From Callorhinchus milii (taxonomy: Eukaryota): DNA of 64,000 nucleotides. A program made the position numbers and the translations under genes. Within the stretch, counting starts at the first letter, position 1; each line of letters opens with the position of its first letter. The stretch covers positions 31,994,001-32,058,000 of the forward strand of contig NW_024704743.1 of NCBI RefSeq assembly GCF_018977255.1, written 5' to 3'. The notes beneath the pieces were generated by a model, which was not told the DNA's origin, did no database searches, and saw only the letters and a program-made list of their open reading frames with translations. Positions 51,771 to 63,076 of this stretch are shown here, piece after piece.

Positions 51771-52410
51771 TCTCCAGCAGAAACTCCTGAGGATTTGAGA
51801 GATATTTGAAGAACTCTATCATCACTCTTTATTTATAAAAGCAGTCTGACTGCTGCAAACCGCTCACAGTCACAAGTGGGATGCCAGAACTGGAGTGATC
51901 ATCGAGCGCATTAGTTAATGTGAGAACATGATCAGCCCGGGAACCTGTATCGAGCCAACGCACATTCGTTATGTGGCTCATCACAAGGTTCCTTGACTGA
52001 CTCCTGTGCCTTTAAAAGAATTTTCAAACTTTAACATTTTTAACACTTCAAAAGAACATTTTGTCCCAAAAATTCTGTCTGAGTTCGAATTACTAACCAA
52101 GATATTACTGTCTCCCTCGTGAGTTCTTGTTGTATTAGTGCCAGGGAAAGCTCCATTGCTGAATCTCTACATGAAAACTTGCTGCCGAGGTGCTACCACT
52201 GCAAATTATGTTTCCCAGGCTGCAATAACAGTAATAATATTCCTTGCATTTGATATAGCGCTTTATCACATTGTTGGGACATCTCAAAGTGCTTCACCGA
52301 ATATACTGTAAAGTGAATTGACTGTACATTTTGTGGGCAAAACACAGCAGCCAATTATTTTTAATTAATTATCACAATGAGGTCATTGTGGCTCCAATCA
52401 CCTTCCGCCA

Positions 52411-52901
52411 TCTATACTAATAAAGACGAAAGGTCTGTCTGTCCGCCAAGAACGCAATAACTCAAGTAGAGACATGAGTTATACCTCATCGGAAAGGTCT
52501 TGCATGGGGAAGAGTCACAGGCATATTTTTTGGGGGGAGGGGTTTCCTATCGTTGATGAACGGAATTAAAACATTTATTTAAAAAATGCTTTAATTAAGC
52601 CCCAAAATATCAGGTATGCATGGTATTCTGCAACAAAGTAGCAACAGAGGAAATCATACTCTTCTGGAGAGATACATCTATACTAATATATTGTGCAACA
52701 AAGTAGCAATAGAGAAAAGCTATGACCTAAACAAGCTCATCAAACATGTATGGACTCCAAAAAGGAGACCTCCCAACAGGAGTCCTCCCACTGAGGCCTC
52801 TCACTGAGTATAGATAAAGACGAAATGTCTGTCTGTGTGTCTGTCTACATTCCATGTTGGATCCTTTGGTTGCAAGCGAAGCTGCAACGAGTACACCCTG
52901 G
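52411..52901 (+). mobile_element. Non-autonomous Helitron-like relic, rearranged
   Basis: A|TCTATACTAATAAAGACGAAAGGTCTGTCTGT 5' end at 52411; subterminal hairpin GTTGC-A-AGC-GAA-GCT-GCAAC (52869-52888) followed by CTGG (CTRR, 52898-52901). Confidence 0.6.
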
Positions 52902-52930
52902 AACCAATCCTTTCACAGTTGCTTTTTATT

Positions 52931-53412
52931 GCACCAGGCTCCATGACCCCATCAGCCCCAGACGGCTCCACTGGCTCCCCATCCCTCAGAAGATAGGATT
53001 CAAAATCCTCGGCCTCACTTTCAAGGCCATCCACAGCTTTGCCCCCTCCTACATCGCTGACCTGCTGATCCCCTATCAACCTGTCCACTTCTTCCGCTCA
53101 GCAGGCTTTGGCCTGCTCCAGGTCTTCCACCCGACCTGCCCTACCATCGGCGGCCGGGCTTTCAGCCTCTCTGCCACCCTTTGGAACTCTGTCCCACAAT
53201 CCCTTCGCTTTGCTCCCTCTCTTGCCTCCTTCAAGGTATGACTCAAGACCCTCCTTTTCACCTGAGCCTTCAGCTACCCTCCTACCCCCTCTGCCCTCCC
53301 TCATCCCAACCCTGCCCCCCCCAACCCTCGGGTCCTGATCTCTGTTTGTTCAGCGCCTTGAAACATCCTCCCGACGTGAAATGCGCTTTACAAATGTAAT
53401 TTGGTTGTTGTT
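52931..53412 (+). mobile_element. L2 LINE 3' fragment
   Basis: RLHWLPIPQKIGFKILGLTFKAIHSFAPSYIADLL..WNSVPQSLRFAPSLASFK plus tail. Confidence 0.9.
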
Positions 53413-53416
53413 CTCG

Positions 53417-54800
53417 TTGAAGGTCAAACAAGAGCCCTGAGAACAACGCACGAGACGGTGGGCGGCTAGAAGAGAAATCATTTGTGGATATGAAGTGGAG
53501 GCGGTGTGAGAGATACGATCTGAACCAACCAATCAAGGACAGCACCGTGGAGCTTGCGAGAAAAGGCGGTGGATAAGGATAGAGTGGTCGACAGTGTTGA
53601 AGGCAGCAGAGAGGTCAAGGAGGATGAGGAGGCAGAGGGAGCCCTGGTCACAGATGGACAGAATGTCATTTGTCACTTTGACCGGGGCTGTTTCTGTGCT
53701 GTGGGTGCCTTGGTAACTTACTTGAATAGGAAACGGTTCGGGAAGAAAAGGGAGCAAGGGAATCGAGAGTGGAGGAGAGGGAGCTGTGGAGAAGAGTGAC
53801 CGAGGAGGATAGGTCATTGTGGGAGGAAGCCCAGAGGAAGGATTTCAGATGACTCCAAGGCAGCCGAGAGGGAGGGATGGGAGATTTTTTTCCAGGGGCG
53901 GTAGGAGATGGAGGTGGGTTGGGTGGCATTGGGGAGAGGGATTGAGGGAGTTAAGGGAGATGAAGTGATGGTCCGAGATCGCTTTGTCAATGATGGTGAG
54001 GTCTGAGGCGGTGAGGTCCCAAGTGATCACCAGGTCGAGGGGGTGACCACAGACGTGGGTGGCATAGTGGATGTGGAGGGAGAGGTTGAGGGAGGAGATA
54101 AGGGAGGAGAAATCAGCAGAGATAGAGCAGGAGGGGAAGTGAAGGTTGAATTCGCCTAGGATTAGGAGGCGTTTGGAGTAGAGGGAGAGGGTAGATAGGA
54201 GGGTGGAAATGTCGGGGATGAATGTGGGGGAGGGCTTGGGGGAGGTGATAGATAAGGAGAATTTTGAGGAAAAGGTTGGAGGGTTGATAAAGATACAATA
54301 CTCAAAGGAGGGGAAGGTTCCAGAGGAGTAGGGGAATAGCCGAGCGGGGACCGGGAGATGAGAGCCTCACCGCCACCACAGAGGTTAGGTCGTGGGGTGT
54401 GATGGAAAGTGTAGCTGGGTAGTGTGGCCCCTATCAGGGTTAAAGTGTCGCCTGGAGTGATCCAGGTTTCAGTGAGGGTGAGAATGTCAATGTTTTCATC
54501 AACAATGAGGTCTTGGATGCTAAGTGTTGGAGAGGGAGCGGACATTTTGTAGGCCGATGCGGAGGGGACAGTTGGTGGCAAAATGCGGTGGACAAGGTGG
54601 GGGATGGGAGGACTGACAAGGAGGGTGGGGATGTGGATCAGGGAGGAGGTTGAGGAGAGGAGACAGGTTCGAAGGTGTGGAGGGAGGGATGGGTAGAGGC
54701 CGGGGTGGGAGAGGGAGATGAGGAGGGGCTAGTAGATGGACGGGCAAAGGTAGCTGAGCGGATCCCCTCGACTTTGGATCGAGGAAGTCCAGCATCGCCT
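53417..54800 (-). mobile_element. L2 LINE ORF2 5' region (APE endonuclease and RT N-terminal part), frameshifted and internally deleted
   Basis: LRIGLQNVRSL..IQDLIVDENIDILTLTETW..SYTFHHTPRPN..GGG (APE); ISDHHFIS; HSTETAPVKVTNDIL..LLILLDLSAAFNTVDHSIL (RT); WFRSYLSHR. Confidence 0.9.
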
Positions 54801-55618
54801 CGCAGTTGGCATTGGCATTGGATCTTGTTCACTGAATGGAGACTAGAAATGGGCTGGAGAACAAAAAAATGAACAAGCCTCAAATAACACTGTTACACCT
54901 GCATCAGAAACAATGTTACGAAACCTGGCTTGAAGGAGCTGTCAGATGTGAGAACTGCGCCAAGCCCAGACACGTTTCCCTACATAATTTATTCCCATCC
55001 AAATGTGGGAATCATTTTGCAAATAACTCCCTTTAAATTATTCCCACGTTGTGAACTGTTTGGGGACATTCTTCCATGTGAAATGTATGTTGCTGTCCTA
55101 ACAGGTCAGATGCTGCCCAAGAACTGGTAGCAAGTTCTCTACAACTGTTCAATCAAGGATCTTGTTTACTGAATGGAGACGAGAAACGGGCTGCAGAAAC
55201 AAAAAAAAAGAACAACTTCTAAACATCAATGCCCAGCATTTTTCTAGGAGCAGAAACACATATTATTATTAATAATACTTACATTTGGTATAGTACCTTT
55301 CAAGGTTGGCTCAAAGTATTTTACTGTAAAGTGGAGTGACTGTATGTTTTTGTGGGCAAACACACCAGCCTATTTGTGCATATCAATGTCCCACAACCCA
55401 CCTTGAAGTGAATATTTTTGAGCTCTTAATAGTTACCTGTGAGAGGACATTTTGGAAACTCCACTTGTATAGCCTTATCCAGGAATAATCCTTAAATTAT
55501 ACTTAGAATGATAAACTCTCATGGCTGGCCATGTCTTTAATCCTCTGCACTGATAGAATCAAGGTGTATTTATACTTTTAAAAAATAATATCTTTGACTG
55601 CAAGGTTAAGTAACAAGA

Positions 55619-55624
55619 TTTATT
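55619..55624 (-). terminator. Candidate polyadenylation signal AATAAA for RNF144B
   Basis: Plus-strand TTTATT at 55619-55624; on the minus strand there is U-rich sequence both upstream and downstream (TATTATTTTT). Confidence 0.5.
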
Positions 55625-56484
55625 TTTTAATATCAAACAAAAATATACACAAGCTTTCAAAACCATATTTTCTTACAAACATTTTGAACATGGTTTAGCA
55701 CACCCATGTGGCACCGTTATCGTGGGGATATGTATAGATATAAAGTGCATGAGTTTACAATATTTTTTCCATGATTCCACAAGGTGTATCTGGGTTGAAG
55801 ATATTAACAGAAATATTGGGAAAGAACTAGATTAAGCATTAAAGATCCAATCTTAAAACTTGGATAAAGATCCAAGACACAACAGTCATTTCCAACAGCA
55901 GGTAATAAATAGGTCAGTACCGCAGAGATACGGTATTACTCCCTGATTGTATAGGGTATGGGAAAAGAATTGGGAATTGGGATTAGAGTATACATCGTCT
56001 ATGTACGCTGGAGAAGCTAACACCAGGGTAGACTTGATGGGCCAGAAGGCCTTCCTCTGTGCTGTAATCTCCACAGTTCTCCTCTTTGCAATTTTGATCA
56101 GCTTTGTGAGGAATGTATAACTACCAGGTAAAAGCTGATTAAAACGATCTTCTCAGGATACCTCGGAATTGTATATCGCCTAGAGTTTCCAGCAATCCAA
56201 ATGGCTTCAGTTTTCCCCCACCCCATTCTAATTACTTCTTTAAAGTGTTGGGATTTCTATTTATGACTATTTTACTCTCCAGCCTTTCTGTCAGACTTTA
56301 CCAGCAAGTATCCCAATTAAATTACTTTTGATAGTTACGTTCAGAAGTTGCAACCAGTGCATCTGATTCCATCTCCTCATCTTCCTAACCTGAGTTGAGT
56401 CCTAATCTTTGGTCAAGGGTTGCAGTGTCTCAGCAGCTTCTTGCTTCAGGATGACACTCGGGAATTTATAAATCTTAAATTTTA

Positions 56485-56648
56485 GTTTTCAAAAGAGAAT
56501 TAGATTGGTATTTGAAAAGGAAAAAATTGCAGGGCTATGGGGTAAGAGTGAGGGAGTGGGTCTAGTTGGATAGCTCTTTCAAAGAGCCGCACAGGCACAA
56601 TGGGCTGAATGGCCTCCTTCTGTGCTGTAAGATTCTATGATTCTATGA
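56485..56648 (+). mobile_element. CR1-type LINE 3' end within the putative RNF144B 3'UTR (antisense)
   Basis: FKRELDWYLKRKKLQGYG remnant; GGGCTGAATGGCCTCCTTCTGTGCTGTAAG(ATTCTATG)2. Confidence 0.85.
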
Positions 56649-56955
56649 AATCGAGTCCCTTCACTTGCTCTATGGATAACCCCGGCTCCTAATACGATTT
56701 CTCGCTTTGTCTCACTGGTAACAAGGAAGAGTACAGGGAAAGATGCTGGCATTCTCACAGCTCAAATTGAGGCTCATTGGCATGCGAAGAGAGCTAACGT
56801 GAAGTGGAGGTGTGCTAGGCTGTATCAGCACTATTACTATGGTAGAATAAGGTTGCCTGGAATGTGCTTGAAGGCTTTAGCACAACGCTGAGTTTCTGAT
56901 CCTGAGAAAATACTTTATGAGTTTTAATCTCATGGTCTTCAGTGTTCATTTAAGC

Positions 56956-57211
56956 CACGTGTGGCTAACCTTTATGGTCGGCACACAAAATAAATTTTCT
57001 TGATTGAATATTTCTTGATATATGCCATAAATCAATAAATATTCAATCAAGAAAAAACTGAAAACACACAACTGATCGAACGTGGACTTACCTAGACTTG
57101 TATGAATATTCAGGGGGATGTGGGAGATGGGTGGGGGGAGGCGGGGGGAGATGCTTCTTGACGGCCTCATGGGCCACTTCCAGCCCCTGGGTTACAGGTT
57201 GGCCAACTCTG
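56956..57211. mobile_element. hAT-like MITE with internal ~60-bp palindrome (copy 2)
   Basis: TIRs CACGTGTGGCTAACCT / AGGTTGGCCAACTCTG; 8-bp TSD ATTTAAGC (56948-56955) / ATTTAACC (57212-57219), 7/8 identical. Confidence 0.75.
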
Positions 57212-57644
57212 ATTTAACCAATTGTCATACAGATCGGCAAGGGGTTGCAAGCTTTGTATGCTCTATTGCTCCTCAGAGACCTCCACCTCACCCCCACCCA
57301 CCCCACACATGTCACCCCACAGACTTCAGCTGTGGACAGCATTGGGCTCAGCTGTGATGTCTTTGTGCTTTAATGAACCTGCCTGCCCTGACTGACAGAT
57401 TCACATACACAAAACGGGAGGAAGGTCTGTGCTGTTATGCTACACATATCACTAAGTTGTCCCAGGGGCAGTCCACATCCCTTACGAAAGGATGGAATCC
57501 CTCCCCGTTGAGCTGCTGATGGTTCCTCAGTAATGGAGTCGGCATCAAATTGGGAGTCAAGTTAAAATTGCTGCAGACTGGTTTGCCATCACACATCACA
57601 TGCTTTACAGATTATAGCACCGCACCAAGTGATTATAACCAGAA

Positions 57645-57835
57645 CAACTTGCATTTATACAGTGCCCTTCATTTCAAATAACTTCTCAAGAGTATTTTAC
57701 AAAGGTGGGGACAGATGGCAGGGGTGGGGGAGAGGGGGTAGTGATCATAGTGCGGTTGAAGAGGTAGGTTTCAAGGCAGGATTTGAAGTTGGATAGAGAG
57801 GAGTGAGACGGAAGCGTCAAGGGAGACAGGTGCAG
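57645..57835 (-). mobile_element. L2 3' fragment (old subfamily)
   Basis: CAACTTGCATTTATACAGTGCCC..GAAGAGGTAGGTTTCAAGGCAGGATTTGAA; similar to 42478-42700. Confidence 0.65.
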
Positions 57836-58989
57836 AGCTTTACCAATAATAGTGCCACTGATGGTGCCTAACTGGGATGCAAAACAGAAGCAGCATTTCT
57901 GGAGGCATTCCTAGGTAGACGAGTAACATTCAGTCCATAACAATCTTTTGTAAATGTATCATGAAAGAGAGCGGATATGTAAAGATTTAACACCACAATA
58001 CAGCCCAAAATAAATAAAACTAATTCCCAGCTTGGTCCTTCCCCTCTGTACAACAGTAATTGTGAGCAGAGAATATGCAAATTTCCTGTAAATATTTGAA
58101 GAGACGATGGGCTGAAGACAGTGGTTGGGGAAAGTAGACACAAAGGTGCTGGACATTGTTCAACAGCTGTAAATGATTTTGTAATCTTTCGTGGTCAGTT
58201 CAGAATAAAGTAATGAGCTTAAAGGGAAAGTCCATTCCTCTGAATTACCATGCAATTGTAAATGTTATGCGTGTAAAACAATCCACATCCCTTTCTTGAC
58301 CCTTCTCTGTACCTGAGCTTTAAGTTCCCCCCGAGTTTGCGCACAATATCACAATATTGGTACATATGGGGAAGGCTATTCAGCTCATCTGATCTCATCC
58401 TTCCAGAACACTCACCTCATCTTCCTCTCATCACCACCTCATGCTGTTTTTCTTAAATGAGTGTTCAACCCCCTTCCAGGTAACCTGTTCCAGTCGGTAA
58501 TCACCCCCTGGGTAAAGAAATACTTCCTGGAATCTGTCCTGAAATTGCCCATTGCAACTCTAAATTGTGTCCTCTCGTTCTGCTGTTTCGATGCATTGTT
58601 CAGGGTTTACTTTTTCAAAACCCATTGAAAACCTTGTATTCCTCTGAGATTACTCCTTACAGCACTTTCAAAATCTCCTGCTGAAGATGTGGGTGGGCAT
58701 CAAATGAGACAAGAATCCGTCTTGGCTGTGAGGTCTGCTTCCCACTCTCCCTTCTCCCTAGTTGAGTAACCTAGCCTGTCTAATTATTGCTCATAACTCA
58801 TTCCTCTAACACTGGCACTTCCGCTGCTCTGCGAGGCTGCAAGTCTGAATCCCACTCTGTGCTGAGTTCACTGAGCTCAGTAACAGCAGCATCAGCAGTG
58901 CTATAATTAACCTCAGAGATCCTGGTTTGGGGAATGGAAACCACAAGCACACACATATACACATCCAAAAGCCTTCATTCTCCATATTT

Positions 58990-59423
58990 GTTGGCTCCCT
59001 ATCCTTCAGAGGATCCAGTTCAAGATCCTGGTCCTCACATACAAAGCCCTCCATGGTCTCGCCCCACCCTACCTCTGCGACCTCCTAACCCCCAACCAAC
59101 CCGCCCGTTCCCTCCGCTCAGCCGGCTCTGGCCTGCTCCACGTCCCCCGACCCACCCGCCCCACCATTGGCGCGAGAGCCTTCAGCCACTCTGCCCCAAC
59201 CTCTGGAATTCCATCCCCCAATCACTACGCCTCGCCCCCTCCTTAGCCTCCTTCAAATCCTGCCTCAAGACCCTCCTCTTCAACCATGCCATTGGTCACC
59301 CCCCTTCCCCTCCCCTCCCCTCTGACCCCAGCTCGGGTCTGAAATGCTGTACACTGTCCAGCGCCTTGGGACGTCCTCCCGACGTGAAAGGCACTATACA
59401 AATGTAATCTTGTTGTTGTTGTT
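58990..59423 (+). mobile_element. L2 LINE 3' fragment within the putative RNF144B 3'UTR (antisense)
   Basis: PNLWNSIPQSLRLAPSLASFKSCLKTLLF; tail GACGTCCTCCCGACGTGAAAGG..(TTG)n. Confidence 0.9.
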
Positions 59424-60168
59424 TAACCTGCCAACACTCACTTTCGAGGCTCACAAGAAAAAAGGACTTGGGGTGATTAATACCTATAGTAATAATCCTT
59501 GCATTTGATATGGCGCCTTAACATGTCGTTGTGATGTCTCAAAGCGCTTCACAGGATATACTGTAAAGTGGATTGACTGTATATTTTGTAGGCAAAACAC
59601 ATAACTGCATCTTGGTAAGCATCATAAGGAACAGACATCTTAAACCCAACGCAGAATTTCTGGAAAATTGTTAAACTCATTCTGAATTTAGAAGCCATTT
59701 TTTCACAGTTCGTTTTCAGTATTGAAAAAAAACGGGTCCCAAATGAAACTGAACTGGTGATTTTTCCTCCCCAAGTGACACTTGTCCTGCTCCCCGCTGT
59801 GCTGTGCCCCCATTGTTACCATGGCAATGGTGAAGTACCACAGCACTGAAGCAGGAAGGCGGAGAAAGGGCCAGAAGCAGTCCACACTCAGATTATTAAG
59901 TGCTACGTGCTATATCTTGCATTATCATTGACAGCTGAAGAACACCGTCCTTCCTTGCATAAAATTCCACCTTTGTGTAACTTGCTCCCAGTCAGCTGCT
60001 GCACTCATACCTCTAAAGTCTTCGCCAAACCCTCCCCACCCCCATAACCCTTATCACACATGGTTTCTGCAGCATTGAATTCAGCAGGTTCTCCTTCTGA
60101 GTGAATGGCAAGGTGGACTGATGAGAGGCTTAGCACGGGAAGATCACAGGATCCCGTTTTCCCTCGGT

Positions 60169-60309
60169 TTAAGGAGACGGGGGACGGTGGTGTTTCCGCT
60201 TAACTCTGCAGGACTTACATGCGCAGCAGATGATGCAGGGGGAGGCCAGTAGAAGCAGTGGAGACGTGACCAGGACAATCAAGCCTAAACCAACCAGAAT
60301 CCCAACAAC
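60169..60309 (-). CDS. RNF144B: RNF144B last coding exon (C-terminal transmembrane anchor and stop)
   Basis: Polypyrimidine tract and ttgcag|GTTGTTGGG; encodes [46 protein letters not shown] followed by TAA at 60171-60169. Confidence 0.95.
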   Translation of the reverse strand, partial: VVGILVGLGLIVLVTSPLLLLASPCIICCACKSCRVKRKHHRPPSP

Positions 60310-62204
60310 CTGCAAGGAGAAAGAAAAGGAGACAAGCTTCTTAACTTTAATCTTGAAAGTAACAAATTCACTCGGAATCTCCAGCCAAAAGCTCTGCCCC
60401 TCTCAACACGAAGCAAAACCTCTCAACGTTAGCTGACCAGATTGCAGGCTTTTCTGATTTACTTTTAAAGATCTTGGGAAGGGATGTAGAGAGTGTTTTT
60501 CCTGTTCCATATATACCTCTAGCCACAAGAGAAATTTGTAACCGTCGATATGCATTGTCTGTGATGCTGTAAGGAAGTGTCTGCGCCCTCCAGCATCTCA
60601 AGTCAGTCATAATGGGGGACTCAGACCCTGGATTAAGCTGCAAAATGACTGGAATAGATGTTTAATCTACTCCTTGTCAGCAGTTCTCCATCTGGCTTTA
60701 GGAGTCATTTCAGCAACGAATTAATAATAACCTTGCATTTGATATAACACCTTATCATGTCTTTGAGATGTCTCAAAACACTTCACAGGATTTACTGTAG
60801 AGTATTTTCATCCACTAAATATAGTCGATTACCTTTACAATATATTCTGCAATGTGTTTTGAGATGTCTCAACGATGTGATAAGGCACTATATCAGATGC
60901 AATGATTATTATTAGTGACTGCATTTATTTTGGGGGCGAACATATTCCATATTCATCTGACTGAATATATCAGCGTGAAAGGCGCTATACAAGTGTAATT
61001 TGTTGTTGTTGTTGTTTGCTTCAATAGCGACATCATGAAACCAGGACTCCCGGCTCATGATTCTCCACTTTTAAATGCCATTTAAATACCATATTTTTAT
61101 GAACCAAACACTCAGAGGAGCTGGTATCTTGCTAGCCTGCAGTCGAAAGCTGCACTGTGCAAGCAGAAAGCAAGAATCTTAAAGGGAAAGCCCATTCCAC
61201 CTTCATAAAGGTCACCATTGATGAACAGTTGGATACGGTGAAAATTTGTTGCAAAAAATATTGAATGTACAGGCTAAATTGAGCTAAGTATGACACTGTG
61301 AACAAGTACATCCAAATACAATGCATAACACTCACCAAACCCAATCACAGAAAAAGCATTGGCATGCAGAGATGTCGAAAGAGGTATTAAGATATTGGGC
61401 TTGAAAATTGAAGCTGAGGTGGCTGAGGTGACTAATAGCAGGAAATGAAGTGGGCAGTATTTCTTTATAATAATCTTTGTATTTGATATAGCACCTATTG
61501 CATTATTGTAGTGTTTAGTGACTGTGTATTTTGAAAGAAAGTAAGGCGGTTAATTTGCACAGTGTCCCACAGACAGCCATGAAGTGAACAATCAATACTT
61601 TGTTACTCTGATGTCAAATTTAGATATACAATTTGTTTTATCATTGTAGAATCACAATATATTCCCCGCTATTACGATTCCCCAAATAATAAATATCATT
61701 TATAAATATTCTTCAATAAATACAACATAAATGATCAGTTACAGTTGAGAGCTTGACTTTAATTATAACACATAGAGCATAATTAATAACAAGTTATTAT
61801 TTACACATTTCAATGCAACTAAACCCCAGCAAGGAATTAATTTCCTTTCAGTACTCACTCGTCTATCTTTTCCATTGCTGTGCATAATTCTGATGACACC
61901 TACAACTCTGTGTTACATAAATGTTATTCAGAACACCCATGCAAAAAGACTGCCAAGAAAAGCCACAGAGAAGCAAAACCACTGGGACTATTCATAGTAT
62001 AAATAGATGCAAGAATGAGAACAGTGATTCATGGAGGAATCAACTTCAATAGGCAGATTGGCCCTTTCACCATTCCTGACATAATTATGATCTTAACGAT
62101 AGTTACTCATTAAAATCGCTAGTTGTCAAACCTAACCCATTATATCAGCTGTGTGAAGCTCTGTTACAACCTCTTCTATAATTCAGATATCGTCTCTGAC
62201 ATAC

Positions 62205-62294
62205 CTGGGTTCGATTCCAAATGACAGATGCCCTGGAGTGACCTAACTTATTTCGGCAGGGTCCTTTGTCATAATGTCTCAGGAAAATGTCATT
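62205..62294 (-). CDS. RNF144B: RNF144B penultimate coding exon, 90 bp
   Basis: ttttctccag|AATGACATT...ACCCAG|gtatgt encodes [30 protein letters not shown], in frame (phase 0) with both neighbouring exons. Confidence 0.96.
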
Positions 62295-62931
62295 CTGGAG
62301 AAAACAAAAACAACCTTGGTGTTAGAATTTACATAGATTTACACACTGTACAACATGACTCCTGTGCTAGGTATTGCAAAATATATCAACCAGGCTTCTC
62401 TCCCCTGATCACTATTCAGTACCGAGTGGTGAAAGCGTCCCAACTAATTGTAAAGGGCAATTTCAGGAGTTCCTCTTTATTCAGAGAGTAATTAACAACA
62501 ACCAAGTTGTCAGGTGGGGTGGTTGAGGCCACACCACTGGATTCATTTAAAAAGCAGCTTGATGCTTTGATGGGTTGATGGTAGGATGAGATCAGATCAA
62601 TCCTGTGATCTTGTGAAGTGCGGGCACTGGATGCGGACAGGATAATAATAATAATCCTTGCATTTGATATAGAGCCTTATCATGTCTTCGAGACGTCTCA
62701 AAGCGCGTCAAAGAATATACTCTAAAGTGAACTGACTGTATATCTTGTGGGCAAAAGGATCAGACTTAGGCACATTTACTCTCCACAGTCAGATAGACTC
62801 ACATTCCAGGTTCCTGTATGGAATATGGTTACTTGGCACAAACAAGACCAATGATTCTCTATCACAATATGAGTGGACTACTGAGTTCCAATGGCCTTGG
62901 AATTCATCATCTTTCTGAAGAAGACACTTAC

Positions 62932-63076
62932 ATCCAAATTTTGAAGGCAATACCAGCAGAAGGTGTGCTTGCAGTTCTTACACATCATTTGAGCGCAGCC
63001 TTCGTTTCGTTCGATGAAGACATGGCACACCGGGCACTGTTTGATGGGAGCATCGGTGTCACTGCTGATCGGAATA
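62932..63076 (-). CDS. RNF144B: RNF144B internal coding exon (RING2/Rcat region), 145 bp
   Basis: Minus strand: ttcctcag|T ATT CCG... encodes [48 protein letters not shown], then |gtaagt. The motifs [24 protein letters not shown] fit RNF144B rather than RNF144A (KRCPKC, ERDEGC, HAFCWYCLESLD). Confidence 0.95.

Larger units (their letters stand above)
55600..60168 (-). other. RNF144B: Probable RNF144B 3'UTR (~4.5 kb)
   Basis: Follows the stop codon. The first canonical AATAAA I found on the minus strand is at 55624-55619, after a U-rich stretch; ATTAAA variants occur earlier (~57370, ~56925). The extent is inferred. Confidence 0.5.
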
